A stretch of 64,000 nt of DNA from Clostridia bacterium (lineage in GTDB: Bacteria; Bacillota; Clostridia; Oscillospirales; CAG-272): the NCBI GenBank assembly GCA_017464565.1, contig JAFTZH010000029.1:9767-73766 (forward strand), given 5' to 3'. Position 1 is the first letter of the stretch; each line of letters opens with the position of its first letter. Made by a program: the position numbers and the translations under genes. A model generated the notes under the pieces. It made no database searches. It was not told the origin of the DNA and saw only the letters and a program-made list of their open reading frames with translations. Of this stretch, positions 51,551 to 61,065 are shown piece after piece.

Positions 51551-52977
51551 TGCGGTTTTCTTTCTTTGGAAGGTATATTTTTAAAATTCAGTTTCATTTG
51601 AATTTGAGTTTTGAGTAGGAGACAAACGACAGACTCGACGTGCCCTGTCCTCGGAAACATATCCACGGGCTGAACGGCGCCTATGGCGTAACCAAGCTCT
51701 TTGAAGCAGACGCAGTCGCGGGCGAGGGTGTCGGGGTCGCAGGAAACGTATACTATCTTCGGAACGCCAAGCTCCGCGAGACATTCGGCAAGCTCACGCG
51801 TGCTTCCTTTGCGCGGAGGGTCGATAACCACGACGTCGGGACGCTCTCCGCCCGCGGCGAAAAGAATCTCGTCCCTGCTTCCCGCGTCGGCACAGAAAAA
51901 TTCGGCGTTGGTAATTCCATTGCTTTTCGCGTTCTCACGCGCGCATTCGACGGCAGAGCTTACTATCTCAATACCGCACAGCTTTCTGACCTTTTTTGCC
52001 ATCGACAGACCGATAGTTCCCGTTCCGCAGTAAAGGTCCATAAGTATTTCGTCTCCCTCAAGCTTTGCCGCGTCGGCGGCGAGCGAGTAGAGAAGCTCCG
52101 CTCCGTCCCGATTCACCTGATAAAAGGCATCGGGAGCTATCTTAAAGCGCATTCCGCAGAGTACGTCCTCGATATAATTTTTTCCATAGAGCAAAACGAA
52201 GGTGTCTCCGAGAACTACGTTGGTATTTTTCTCGTTTACGGAAAGACAGATTCCCGTTACGGCGGGGAAGCGCCGCCTTATCTCTTTTACGAATTTATCG
52301 GAGCGGGGAACGGTCTCGCCGTTTACGACGAGACATAGCATTATTTCTCCCGTCGCGTCTCCCGCGCGAAGATATATATGGCGCAAAAGCCCGTTTCCTT
52401 TTTCCTCGTCGTAAACGGTCCAGCCGTTATCGTCGGCAAAGCCGCATACGAAGCTTACGATATCCGCAAAAGCGGGGTTTTGAATGGCACAGCTGTCAGC
52501 GGGTATTACGTTGTGTGATTTCGCGGCGAAAAAACCCGCTTTTACGCCGTTTTTAGTCATAGCAACGGGGAAAACTCCCTTGTTTCGATAGCCGCGTATC
52601 TTGCCCGCCGAGCGCACGTCAAGCACGCGCACCTCGGGAAGACCAACCTTGACGAATGCGTTTTTTACGTAATCGCGCTTTATATCCAGCTCGTGTTCGT
52701 AGGTTATATGGCGGTATATACATCCGCCGCAGGCAAGAGGAGCGTCGCAAAAGCTTTCGGCGCTTCTGTGGGGTGAAGGGGATATTATTTTGCAGAGCCT
52801 TGCCGCGAGGAAGCTTTTGTTTACCTTTATTATTTCCGCCTCAACCGAATCTCCGCTCACTGCCCCCTTGACGAAAACCACTCGTCCGTCAGGCGCTCTT
52901 CCGACGCCGCAGCCGAGATTGTTGAGGTCGGTGATATCGAGCGTCAGACGGTCTCCTTTGTTAAGCCGATTTTCCAT
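51547..52977 (-). CDS. rlmD: 23S rRNA (uracil-5)-methyltransferase RlmD
   Basis: TRAM domain, CGGC Fe-S motif, FYQVN, DLYCGTG, DPPRKG, YVSCDP, DMFPRTGHVE. Confidence 0.93.
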   Translation of the reverse strand: MENRLNKGDRLTLDITDLNNLGCGVGRAPDGRVVFVKGAVSGDSVEAEIIKVNKSFLAARLCKIISPSPHRSAESFCDAPLACGGCIYRHITYEHELDIKRDYVKNAFVKVGLPEVRVLDVRSAGKIRGYRNKGVFPVAMTKNGVKAGFFAAKSHNVIPADSCAIQNPAFADIVSFVCGFADDNGWTVYDEEKGNGLLRHIYLRAGDATGEIMLCLVVNGETVPRSDKFVKEIRRRFPAVTGICLSVNEKNTNVVLGDTFVLLYGKNYIEDVLCGMRFKIAPDAFYQVNRDGAELLYSLAADAAKLEGDEILMDLYCGTGTIGLSMAKKVRKLCGIEIVSSAVECARENAKSNGITNAEFFCADAGSRDEILFAAGGERPDVVVIDPPRKGSTRELAECLAELGVPKIVYVSCDPDTLARDCVCFKELGYAIGAVQPVDMFPRTGHVESVVCLLLKTQIQMKLNFKNIPSKERKPQ

Positions 52978-53657
52978 CAGACGTAAAACTCCTCGCCGTC
53001 CTCAAGGCGCAGACAGCCGAGAGAGCTTCCGTAAGCCGCCCCGCAGTCTATATGGATAGAATACTCCCCGTACACGATACGTCCGTTTCCTCCAAGCTCG
53101 GAGGTTGGAACGTGTCCCGCGATGACCGTTACTCCGTCAAAATATTTCTCGTCGGTGCCTATGGGAGAGGATATAAAATCCTCGGGCATATATTCGTCGA
53201 GCGATACGGCAGGGTCGAAATCGGCTATGCCCGCGTGTACGAGCAGATAGCGTTTGCCCGCAACCTCAAGCTCCTCGTAAAGTGCCATATCCGAGAGATA
53301 ATCGAGCACTCCCTCCCTCATATCGGCGTCAAGTGCCTTAAAACCTTCAATAGTGTTTTTTCCGCCGTCGTTCATCCATTCCGCCATACGCGCGAGATTT
53401 GCGCCGTCGGGCGATTCGCCGGCGAGTATTTTGTCAAGCTCGGTGAGCATTTCAAGCGCCGCGTAATCGCGTTCTCCGAGAATGGGGAGAACGTTATATC
53501 TCATACTCAAATCACAGATAAGACCTATGGGGTCCTCTCCGTAATCGACGATATCACCGAGAACGTACATAACGTCGTTGTCGGTGAAATTTATTTTTTG
53601 GGTAAGCTCCTTGAATTTTTCGTAATTTCCGTGTATATCGGATATAACGTAAGTCAT
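52977..53657 (-). CDS. Calcineurin-like metallophosphoesterase (PphA/ApaH-like)
   Basis: SDIHG, LGDIVDYG, VHAG, GHVP, IDCG; the GNHE motif is altered to GERD. Confidence 0.85.
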   Translation of the reverse strand: MTYVISDIHGNYEKFKELTQKINFTDNDVMYVLGDIVDYGEDPIGLICDLSMRYNVLPILGERDYAALEMLTELDKILAGESPDGANLARMAEWMNDGGKNTIEGFKALDADMREGVLDYLSDMALYEELEVAGKRYLLVHAGIADFDPAVSLDEYMPEDFISSPIGTDEKYFDGVTVIAGHVPTSELGGNGRIVYGEYSIHIDCGAAYGSSLGCLRLEDGEEFYV

Positions 53658-53675
53658 ATTTATTTTCCTCCGAAA

Positions 53676-54443
53676 TTATATCAATTTTATGCGGTTGCTG
53701 AAAAAGGGAACGCACTCTATATTGCGGTCTGCGCGCTTTACGAGCGATGCGAGAAAATCGCATACGGGAAATTCGGTGTAGAAATGTCCCGCTTCGATAA
53801 GGTTTATTTTGTTTTCGGGGGCATCGGTCATAGCGTGATATCCGAGCCTTCCGCTCACGTAGGTGTCGGCTCCCGCCGCTCTCGCGGCGTCAATATCGTC
53901 TCCGCCCTCGCCTCCGAGAAGAGCCACGGTGTAAACGTCCCGTCCCGCGTCCGCGAGAAGGACCGCGGGCGCTCCGAGAGCTTTTTTGACAAGCTCGGCA
54001 AAGACCTCAGGCTTCATAGGAAGCTCAAGCGTTCCCACTCTTCCGATAGCTTCGCCGCCGACCCCGAAGGGAACGGTGTTGTGAAGTCCGAGCTTTGAGG
54101 CGAGAACGTCGTTCACTCCTCCCGCAAGCGCGTCAAGACGGGTGTGGAAGGACATTGCGGCAATACCGCTTCGTATCAGCTCTATCGCTTTCGCGGGCAC
54201 GCACTCGGACGGCGTTATGGATTTTATGCCTTTAAATATCAGGGGATGGTGCGACAATATCACGTCGCAGTTCTCGCTCTTTGCTTTTTCTACCGCGCCG
54301 GAGGTTACGTCAAGCGTAACGAGCACGCGCCTCACCTCTTTTTTTTCGTCGGGACAGCACATAAGCCCGTCGTTGTCCCATTCGCAAGAGAGGGAGGACG
54401 GAATTTTTTTGTCGAGAAATTTATAAAGCTCAATAACCTTCAT
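53676..54443 (-). CDS. Nif3-like dinuclear metal centre protein
   Basis: EWDNDGL, SHHPLIF, HTRLD, AGHFYTE. Confidence 0.9.
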   Translation of the reverse strand: MKVIELYKFLDKKIPSSLSCEWDNDGLMCCPDEKKEVRRVLVTLDVTSGAVEKAKSENCDVILSHHPLIFKGIKSITPSECVPAKAIELIRSGIAAMSFHTRLDALAGGVNDVLASKLGLHNTVPFGVGGEAIGRVGTLELPMKPEVFAELVKKALGAPAVLLADAGRDVYTVALLGGEGGDDIDAARAAGADTYVSGRLGYHAMTDAPENKINLIEAGHFYTEFPVCDFLASLVKRADRNIECVPFFSNRIKLI

Positions 54444-54467
54444 AAAAAACCTGCCTTTTCGTATTTA

Positions 54468-55157
54468 TTAAGTAATATTTTTATTTAACAGTCGGTCGAT
54501 ATCCGATATGACGCGCTCCTCCTCGGACGCGTCCTTTTCAGCGCGCCTTTTTCCCTCGTACCTTGTGAGAAAAACGCGTCTCACGTATTCGGCGTATTCG
54601 CGAAAGACCTCTCCGTCCTTGCGTATATTGTGTTTTCCGAATATAAGCTCAAGCTCGGAGCAGGTTTCGGGCGTTCCCGTATATTCCGCGCAGATAAGCT
54701 GATATATCTTCTCCTCCTTGACGAGTTTCTCGTCGATTACGGAATATCCGTTATCCGCGAGATAAGCGCGGAGCTTGTCCGCGTGGGTCATAGGCTGAAG
54801 TATAAGTCTTATTTTCCCGTTTTTCGTCCAAGGAGCTTTTTTTAGTATTTCCGTTATCAGCTCTCCGCCCATTCCGCAGATAACTATATCGTCGGGGGAG
54901 TATTTCTCAATACCCGCAAGACCGTCCGCGAGAAGAAGCGATATTCTTTTTTCAAGGTGATATTCTTTTACGTTTATCATCGCGCGCGCAAGCGGTCCTT
55001 CGTTTACGTCGGAAGCGACGGCACCGCGTATCTTGCCCGTCAGGCAGAGATATATCGGAAGATACGCGTGATCGGAGCCGACGTCGGCTACGATTGAATC
55101 CCGTCTTACAAGGTCAGCCGCGGCAAGCAGTCTCGCCGCGAGATTTGGAGCGTTCAT
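54468..55157 (-). CDS. trmK: tRNA (adenine(22)-N1)-methyltransferase
   Basis: ADVGSDHAYLP, GMGGELI, LILQP; adjacent to nif3. Confidence 0.92.
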   Translation of the reverse strand: MNAPNLAARLLAAADLVRRDSIVADVGSDHAYLPIYLCLTGKIRGAVASDVNEGPLARAMINVKEYHLEKRISLLLADGLAGIEKYSPDDIVICGMGGELITEILKKAPWTKNGKIRLILQPMTHADKLRAYLADNGYSVIDEKLVKEEKIYQLICAEYTGTPETCSELELIFGKHNIRKDGEVFREYAEYVRRVFLTRYEGKRRAEKDASEEERVISDIDRLLNKNIT

Positions 55158-55244
55158 ACAGCCTCCTCGTTTATATTATATCGTTTAAAACCGTTATTGC
55201 TTTACAGGGGCTGCGGCAACAAGTGCGACAGCCCCCGAAAGTTT

Positions 55245-55448
55245 TTAGTTTTTGGAATCAAGATATTCGTTGATTTTTGCGACCAGCGCATCGGCGTCGG
55301 TGCCGTGTACCATACACGCATCTTCAATAGACTCGCCTCTTGCCGAGGGACAGCCGAGACAGTGCATACCTATCTCGAAGAAGAATTTAGCCGTATCGGG
55401 CGCATAGTCGAGAACGTCTCCGATTATGCTTGCTTTAGTAATTACCAT
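55245..55448 (-). CDS. DUF1858 domain protein
   Basis: GMHCLGCP...ESIEDAC.VHG motif. Confidence 0.85.
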   Translation of the reverse strand: MVITKASIIGDVLDYAPDTAKFFFEIGMHCLGCPSARGESIEDACMVHGTDADALVAKINEYLDSKN

Positions 55449-55598
55449 AGTTTTTCCTTTCCGAGAAAACTTTTTCGTTTTCTCTTTACCTTTCATAATA
55501 TTATTATATCCTTAAAAGCCTCTTATGTCAATATATTTGGTAAGCTTTAAGAGTAAAAAATTGCCGCTTCGGTATAACCGAAGCGGCAAGGAGATTTA

Positions 55599-58500
55599 TT
55601 ATCTGTTCTGTATTGCGTCTATGGGCTTTTTACGCGCTATTCTCATAACGGGGAGGAAGCTTCCGACGAAGGCTACCAGGATTCCAAGTCCGAGAATGAG
55701 GAGGAATTGGCGTATTCCGATATTGAGAATAGTTATAACGAGTCCGTATTCGGTGCGCAGGAAGTTGTTCAAAAGCTTTACGAGCGTGAAGGTCGCCGCA
55801 GACGAAAGCAGGAAGTTTATCAGAGTAATGATAAGGCTTTCGTTGAAGAAGATGCCGAACACGTCGCTTGACTTTGCTCCGACGGCTCTCAATATACCGA
55901 TTTCGCGCTTCTTGTAGTTTATGGAAACCGATATGAAGTTAAACATCATAAGAGCCGCGAATACGGCGAAGAATATACCGACGTAGAAGAATCCCTGAGC
56001 GAGCGGTACGATAAAGCTGTCCACGCTGTTCAAAATATAGGTTGCTCCGTTGTTGAGAGGATATACCATATTGTCGTCGGTCTCGGTCTCGCTGAAGGAG
56101 ATGATTTTTTCTATCGCTTGATTGTTTCCGAGAGGCATAACGCCGACTGCGAACGAATAGTCTCCCGATTCGGGCTCCTTGAGAGCGCCGTAAACGTAGT
56201 CCGAAACGATACAAGGCAAATAGTGGCCCACGTTCGTGTAATTTTCGTTGGGCATATAATATCCGACTATCGTATATTGGTCGGTATCAAGCTCTACGCT
56301 TATAGGACCGTAAGCCTTCATAGATCCCGTTGAGGGAACGGGAGAGGTAACGTTTTCAGCTTCGTAGACTATCTTCAGAAATTCATTATAATAGGAAGCC
56401 CCCGCCTTTCCGCCGTAAGCGTTTTCTTTGTCTCCCTCGTTGAAGAGATATTCACGGTACAGATTGAGGTATTCTTCGTCGGTTGTGCTAAACTCAGAGG
56501 AGTCCATATTGGGATCCATCTGCGCCTTATGCTGACTGTCAACGTAATTCTTGAAGCTTTCGGGAACGTCGTTTATCGTAAGCTTTGAAAGATAAACGTT
56601 CGTCGGCTTTCCGTTATACGAAAGATCAAATATGGAGATTTCACGGAGCTGTTCTTTTTCGTATTCCTCAAAGATATATCCCGCGTTTTCAAGAGCTTCA
56701 ATCGTGGAAGCCTTTATCCTTGCCGAGCCGTGAGTCTCGTGATCCGGCTCGCGCGCGACTATCACCTCACCATTTTCGAGAGAGGTCTTTTCGCCGTCAA
56801 GCCAGGTTATGTCAACGTAATTCTTCGCCTGCGACAGGGTCGCGACGTGATTGAAGGACCAACCGGAAAGATTGTTAGAGAGATTGAAATAAATGTTGTT
56901 ATTGACTTTTCCGAACGCAACGTCAGATAAGCCGTTAAGGACTTTTCCTGCCGAGACTATCCGTGACAGCATACCCTCGTTTACCGCTACAAGCGCGTCG
57001 TAGCTGTAAAGCAGGGAAGCGTTAAGCTCCTCGCGGTTTATCATATCTACAATCGTCTGCTCGGATGACGAGGCCTGATTTTCGCCGCTTGAGGGCAGAT
57101 ACGACTGATATTTTTCGGCAACCGTAAGCCCCGTGTCGATTATTCCGACTATCTTTACTTTTCTTTCGTTTACGTTGGGATAAGAGGAATTACTGTTTAA
57201 AATTACGGTCTTGCCGATGACGTCCTCAAAGGAGTTTATATCGTCGGGGTTGAGGGATACGTTCTGGCGGGTTGCCGTATCGTAATAGGAAAGACCAGCG
57301 TAATCGAAGTGGTCGTAGATATACTTGGTTATGGCAATCTCGTCGTCGGCAGAGGGAAGAGCGCCGGTAAGGGAGAATCCCGCTCTGTCAAGCGTTTCCT
57401 GCGTTATTTCCGCGTATCCGCTGTATTTACTCATATAGAAGTTGGTTCCGCTGGAGGAATTGAGCTTGGTCGAGTCAACGAGAAGGTTGGAGAAGGTAAA
57501 GCCTCGGTTCCAACTGTCGGTACCGCCGTATACGGGAATTACGTCAAGACCCGTTTCGCTTTCTATTTTGAGAAGGTCGTCGTCGGTGAGGTTCAGGTCG
57601 GTCTCGCTTGTGTAATTTTCGTTATGCGAGCGGTAGGTCTTTGAAAAAGAAGCGAAAGATACCTGGCTGTCGTTTATGGATTGAAGCAGAACGGTAGGTC
57701 TGTCGTACGTGCTTGCGGTGTCGGATATTCCGAACAGAGTGAAGGCAACGAGGCACAAAAAGATTGTAAATACCAGCCTTACGGGCTTTGATTTGAGAGA
57801 GGACGCTCCTATCTTCAAGGAGTTCTTATAGGGCAGGCGGGAACGGATAAATTTGCTGTCCTCGGGAGAGTATTCCTTCAGCTTTATATCCTTGCCGTCG
57901 GTATCCTTGAAGGCGTCCTTTGCGCCGTCGTCTCCGATGCCCGCGGCCTTTTTGAGGTCGGAATTGCTCTTTGCGTCGGTCGAGATAAAGGTATCGTTAT
58001 CCGCCTTCGCGATATATTCGTTTATGAGGGCGAGATCTTCGGGTGTGAGGGAATAACCCTTTTTGATATGAAGCATACCTCCGTCTATCACGCTGACGCC
58101 TTCCGAAACCGAGGTAGGCTGTATCTGCGTCTTGCTTACGTCGGAAAGAATTTTTCCGTCCTTGAGCTCGATGATTCGGTCGGCATACTGCTCGGCAAAA
58201 TCACGGTCGTGCGAAACTATGAGAACGAGCTTGGTGCGGCTGAGCTTTTTGAGGGTGTCAAATACCTGTTTGCCCGTTTTTGAGTCAAGCGCGCCGGTCG
58301 GCTCGTCAGCCATAATTATCTCGGGGGATTTTACGAGCGCGCGGGCGATAGCGACTCTTTGCTTCTGACCGCCGGACAGCTCGTTGGGCTTTCTTGAGCC
58401 GTATCCCGTGAGGTCTACCTCGTCAAGTATTGCCGAAAGCTCTTCGTCCGTGGCTTTCTTGCCCTGAAGCTCCATAGCGAGCGCAATGTTCGCTCCCACG

Positions 58501-58799
58501 GTAAATTCGGGGAGAATATTGTACTCCTGGAATATAAAGCCTATAAAGGTGTTTCGATAGCTGTCAAAATCGGCTTGAGAGAAGTCTTTGCTGGATTTGC
58601 CCTTGATTATAAATTCGCCCGTGTCTGCGGCGTCAAGTCCGCCGAGAACGTTGAGCAGGGTCGATTTACCGCTTCCCGATTTACCGAGAATGAATACCAT
58701 TCCCGTCTCCTGAAATTTCAGGCTTACGTCGTCGAGCGCTTTTACGGGTACGCCTTTCTTGGGGCGATACGTTTTAGATACGTTTCTTATTTCTAACAT
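55599..58799 (-). CDS. Fused ABC ATPase/FtsX-type permease (MacB-like)
   Basis: GKSGSGKST, LSGGQKQR, ADEPTGALD; large extracellular domain; REIGILRAVGA FtsX motif. Confidence 0.9.
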   Translation of the reverse strand: MLEIRNVSKTYRPKKGVPVKALDDVSLKFQETGMVFILGKSGSGKSTLLNVLGGLDAADTGEFIIKGKSSKDFSQADFDSYRNTFIGFIFQEYNILPEFTVGANIALAMELQGKKATDEELSAILDEVDLTGYGSRKPNELSGGQKQRVAIARALVKSPEIIMADEPTGALDSKTGKQVFDTLKKLSRTKLVLIVSHDRDFAEQYADRIIELKDGKILSDVSKTQIQPTSVSEGVSVIDGGMLHIKKGYSLTPEDLALINEYIAKADNDTFISTDAKSNSDLKKAAGIGDDGAKDAFKDTDGKDIKLKEYSPEDSKFIRSRLPYKNSLKIGASSLKSKPVRLVFTIFLCLVAFTLFGISDTASTYDRPTVLLQSINDSQVSFASFSKTYRSHNENYTSETDLNLTDDDLLKIESETGLDVIPVYGGTDSWNRGFTFSNLLVDSTKLNSSSGTNFYMSKYSGYAEITQETLDRAGFSLTGALPSADDEIAITKYIYDHFDYAGLSYYDTATRQNVSLNPDDINSFEDVIGKTVILNSNSSYPNVNERKVKIVGIIDTGLTVAEKYQSYLPSSGENQASSSEQTIVDMINREELNASLLYSYDALVAVNEGMLSRIVSAGKVLNGLSDVAFGKVNNNIYFNLSNNLSGWSFNHVATLSQAKNYVDITWLDGEKTSLENGEVIVAREPDHETHGSARIKASTIEALENAGYIFEEYEKEQLREISIFDLSYNGKPTNVYLSKLTINDVPESFKNYVDSQHKAQMDPNMDSSEFSTTDEEYLNLYREYLFNEGDKENAYGGKAGASYYNEFLKIVYEAENVTSPVPSTGSMKAYGPISVELDTDQYTIVGYYMPNENYTNVGHYLPCIVSDYVYGALKEPESGDYSFAVGVMPLGNNQAIEKIISFSETETDDNMVYPLNNGATYILNSVDSFIVPLAQGFFYVGIFFAVFAALMMFNFISVSINYKKREIGILRAVGAKSSDVFGIFFNESLIITLINFLLSSAATFTLVKLLNNFLRTEYGLVITILNIGIRQFLLILGLGILVAFVGSFLPVMRIARKKPIDAIQNR

Positions 58800-59023
58800 A
58801 ATACCACTCCTTTTTCGTCGTGTGTTTTTTCTCGTTTTGAAGTTATATCAAAGCAAAGGCATAACCAAGTGTTAGGAAAGACTTTGCGGTGTCCCGAACT
58901 GCAAACGATTTTATGGCAATATTATAACAGATTTTGCTTTTTCTGTAAATAGGTGCGGAATAAAAAATAAAATCTTAATAAAAAGTTTTCATACGAGAGA
59001 GAACCTTCCGGCTCAAAATTCAA

Positions 59024-59068
59024 ACGGCGGCAGGCTCCGCTTTTGGCGGAGCCTGCCGCCGTCTTCTT
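59024..59068 (-). terminator. Intrinsic terminator after the XRE gene
   Basis: ACGGCGGCAGGCTCCGC / GCGGAGCCTGCCGCCGT perfect stem. Confidence 0.75.
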
Positions 59069-59101
59069 AATTTTCAAGGGAGCTTGAAGGAGAAATTTTC
59101 T

Positions 59102-59719
59102 TTATTTTTCTTCCTTGTTCAGCACCTTTTTTTGCCAGGACTTTTCGTTGCATTTCGGACAGCGCATATATCTTGTTCTGCCCGCGTGCATAGCCCATAA
59201 TACGCTGCTGTATTTCGGAACGTATCTGAATCCGCATTTTTTGCACGAGTAATACCCCGCGCTCTGCTCGATAGTCAGGGCAAACATAATTCCCACGATA
59301 CCAACGGCGAGTCCGAAGGCTATGAGCGTTATTCTCAGCCACGCGGGCATATCTACGAAGGACGCGACGAAGGTAAAACCTAATAAAATGATAACCGACA
59401 ATACGCCTATGAGTATTTCCAAGGACAACAATTTTTTGTCAGCCGTTTCCTTTTGTTTTGCCATTTCAAGTATGTTTTTTTCTAATTTTTCATTATAATC
59501 GTTCACTGTAACTACCTCTCCGCTTAATAAATCGTTTACGCTGATTTTCAGCTCGCCGCACAAATCGAGCATAATGGAGGAATCGGGCATTGATTTACCG
59601 TTTTCCCATTTTGATACCGCTCTGTCGGTAACGTTCAATTTTGCCGCCAGCTGCAATTGCGTCATATTGTTCATTTTTCTGCGCTCGGCAATAAATCTTC
59701 CGATTTTTATCTGGTCCAT
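59102..59719 (-). CDS. XRE-family HTH regulator with two TM helices and a C-terminal Zn ribbon
   Basis: MTQLQLA..LNVTDRAVSKWENG; CKKC...CPKC. Confidence 0.88.
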   Translation of the reverse strand: MDQIKIGRFIAERRKMNNMTQLQLAAKLNVTDRAVSKWENGKSMPDSSIMLDLCGELKISVNDLLSGEVVTVNDYNEKLEKNILEMAKQKETADKKLLSLEILIGVLSVIILLGFTFVASFVDMPAWLRITLIAFGLAVGIVGIMFALTIEQSAGYYSCKKCGFRYVPKYSSVLWAMHAGRTRYMRCPKCNEKSWQKKVLNKEEK

Positions 59720-59895
59720 TTTTTCGCCCCCTTTTCGTGTTCAAGTATATACCCTATTTCCCTGAAAGTCTACACACCGTAGGTTGAGCGGAGAGATATC
59801 AACCGTCGGTAGAGAAGACCGCCTTCTTACATGTCTAACCGATTATACCGTATTTAACGCACAAAGTCAATTGAAATCGTCAAAAAGCAAAAGTA

Positions 59896-59992
59896 TAGGG
59901 AACGGGATAAGGGTTGGGGTAAAATTGCCGTCATTCCGACAATTTAACCCCTTTCCGAAAGTTTCGCAAAGTAATACCCACCTTGCGAGAAA
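59896..59992. repeat. Double-hairpin repeat A (copy 1), candidate oriT-like site
   Basis: Diverged direct repeat of 63781-63880 with both stems preserved. Confidence 0.7.
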
Positions 59993-60024
59993 GAAAAAAG
60001 CAGCCGAAATCGACTGCCAAATCA

Positions 60025-60633
60025 TTATTTCAAATTTTCCGCTTTAAAGGTAGTATAGCCCTCGTAGTAGTAGCTGTGGTCAATTCCTTTCATAAATACC
60101 TGTCTGTCGTTTACCTTGTCTGTCAGGGCATTTTTTAGGAGGTGCTTGATTTCAATATCCTTGATAGGACTTCTTTCCATAGCAAGAAGATAATCCTCTT
60201 TATCCACAAGACTCCAGTCCACAACCATTCCAATTTCGTTTTTTAATATATGGTCAAGCCAAATGCGAGTCGAACGGCCGTTTCCCTCTCTAAAAGGGTG
60301 AGCCACGTTCATTTCAACGTATTTTTCAACGATTTCATCAAACGTACTCTGAGGCATTTTTTCGATATTTTCGAGTGCTGTATGAAGATACATAAGTGGA
60401 GCAAATCTGAAATTGCCTTTTGCGATATTGACAGTGCGAATTTTCCCGGCAAATTCGTATATATCCGAAAAGAGAAAGGCGTGTATTTTAGAAAGAGCAT
60501 CAAACGTTCCCGGATTAAGAGAAGAAAGAAAATTAGTTTCAAAAAGTTCTATTGCGCGTGTTTTGCTTATTCTTTCTTCTTCGCGGGCAAGCTCTGCAGA
60601 ATTGGTTATTCCAAGTTTGTTTTCAAGTGCCAT
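60025..60633 (-). CDS. Fic-domain adenylyltransferase, class III
   Basis: HPFREGNGRSTR active site; C-terminal SYYYEG inhibitory motif. Confidence 0.92.
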   Translation of the reverse strand: MALENKLGITNSAELAREEERISKTRAIELFETNFLSSLNPGTFDALSKIHAFLFSDIYEFAGKIRTVNIAKGNFRFAPLMYLHTALENIEKMPQSTFDEIVEKYVEMNVAHPFREGNGRSTRIWLDHILKNEIGMVVDWSLVDKEDYLLAMERSPIKDIEIKHLLKNALTDKVNDRQVFMKGIDHSYYYEGYTTFKAENLK

Positions 60634-60722
60634 ATTTTCTCCTTTCTCAAATACATATATCCACTGATATTATACCACAAATTATCATTTATTTCAAGTG
60701 TATAATAATAAATAAATCGTTT

Positions 60723-60789
60723 GGGTGTACAAAGGATGTACGCTCCCCTTACTTATTCACTTTTCGTATTACCTATTACTTAAATTCCG
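60723..60789. repeat. Repeat B (copy 1) with the GGGTGTACAA arm-like motif
   Basis: Diverged direct repeat of 63931-64000. Confidence 0.75.
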
Positions 60790-60865
60790 TGCGCCGATTT
60801 AGTGAAAAGTGAAGAGTTAAGAGTGAAAAAGTAAAAATTCCGCACGCTATTGCGCACGGAATTTT

Positions 60866-60909
60866 TGGCACCCGCAACGGGAATCGAACCCATAACTACC
60901 CCTTAGGAG
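60866..60909 (-). mobile_element. 3' half of tRNA-Arg(CCT): attachment-site remnant
   Basis: Minus strand CTCCTAA GGGGT AGTT ATGGG TTCGATT CCCGT TGCGGGTG CCA (anticodon loop, T arm, acceptor, CCA); 5' half absent; hairpin downstream at 60834-60865. Confidence 0.85.
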
Positions 60910-61065
60910 TTTTTACAAATGTTTGAGGCTATCTGTGAATGGGGGATTTTTGTGTGAAATAAGCGTAAAATCCACCTAAAAGGAAGATTTTACGCTTGGT
61001 AGGTTGTGTGGTTGTTGATGATTTTTATGACGCTCAATACTTGCGGGTGTACAAAAGGTGGATAT

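Noticed and set aside
58840-58915. c-di-GMP-I riboswitch-like GGGAC..GCAAAG in the ABC transporter leader
   Set aside because: Lacks the GCAAAC/GNRA P2 stem and correct spacing; only a short hairpin is evident.
60800-60836. AGTGAAA-like heptamer run next to the att site
   Set aside because: Short and degenerate; part of the repeat B flank and not separately interpretable.
60866-60940. Intact tRNA-Arg gene
   Set aside because: The 5' acceptor strand, D arm and 5' anticodon stem are absent (replaced by A-rich sequence); treated as an att fragment.
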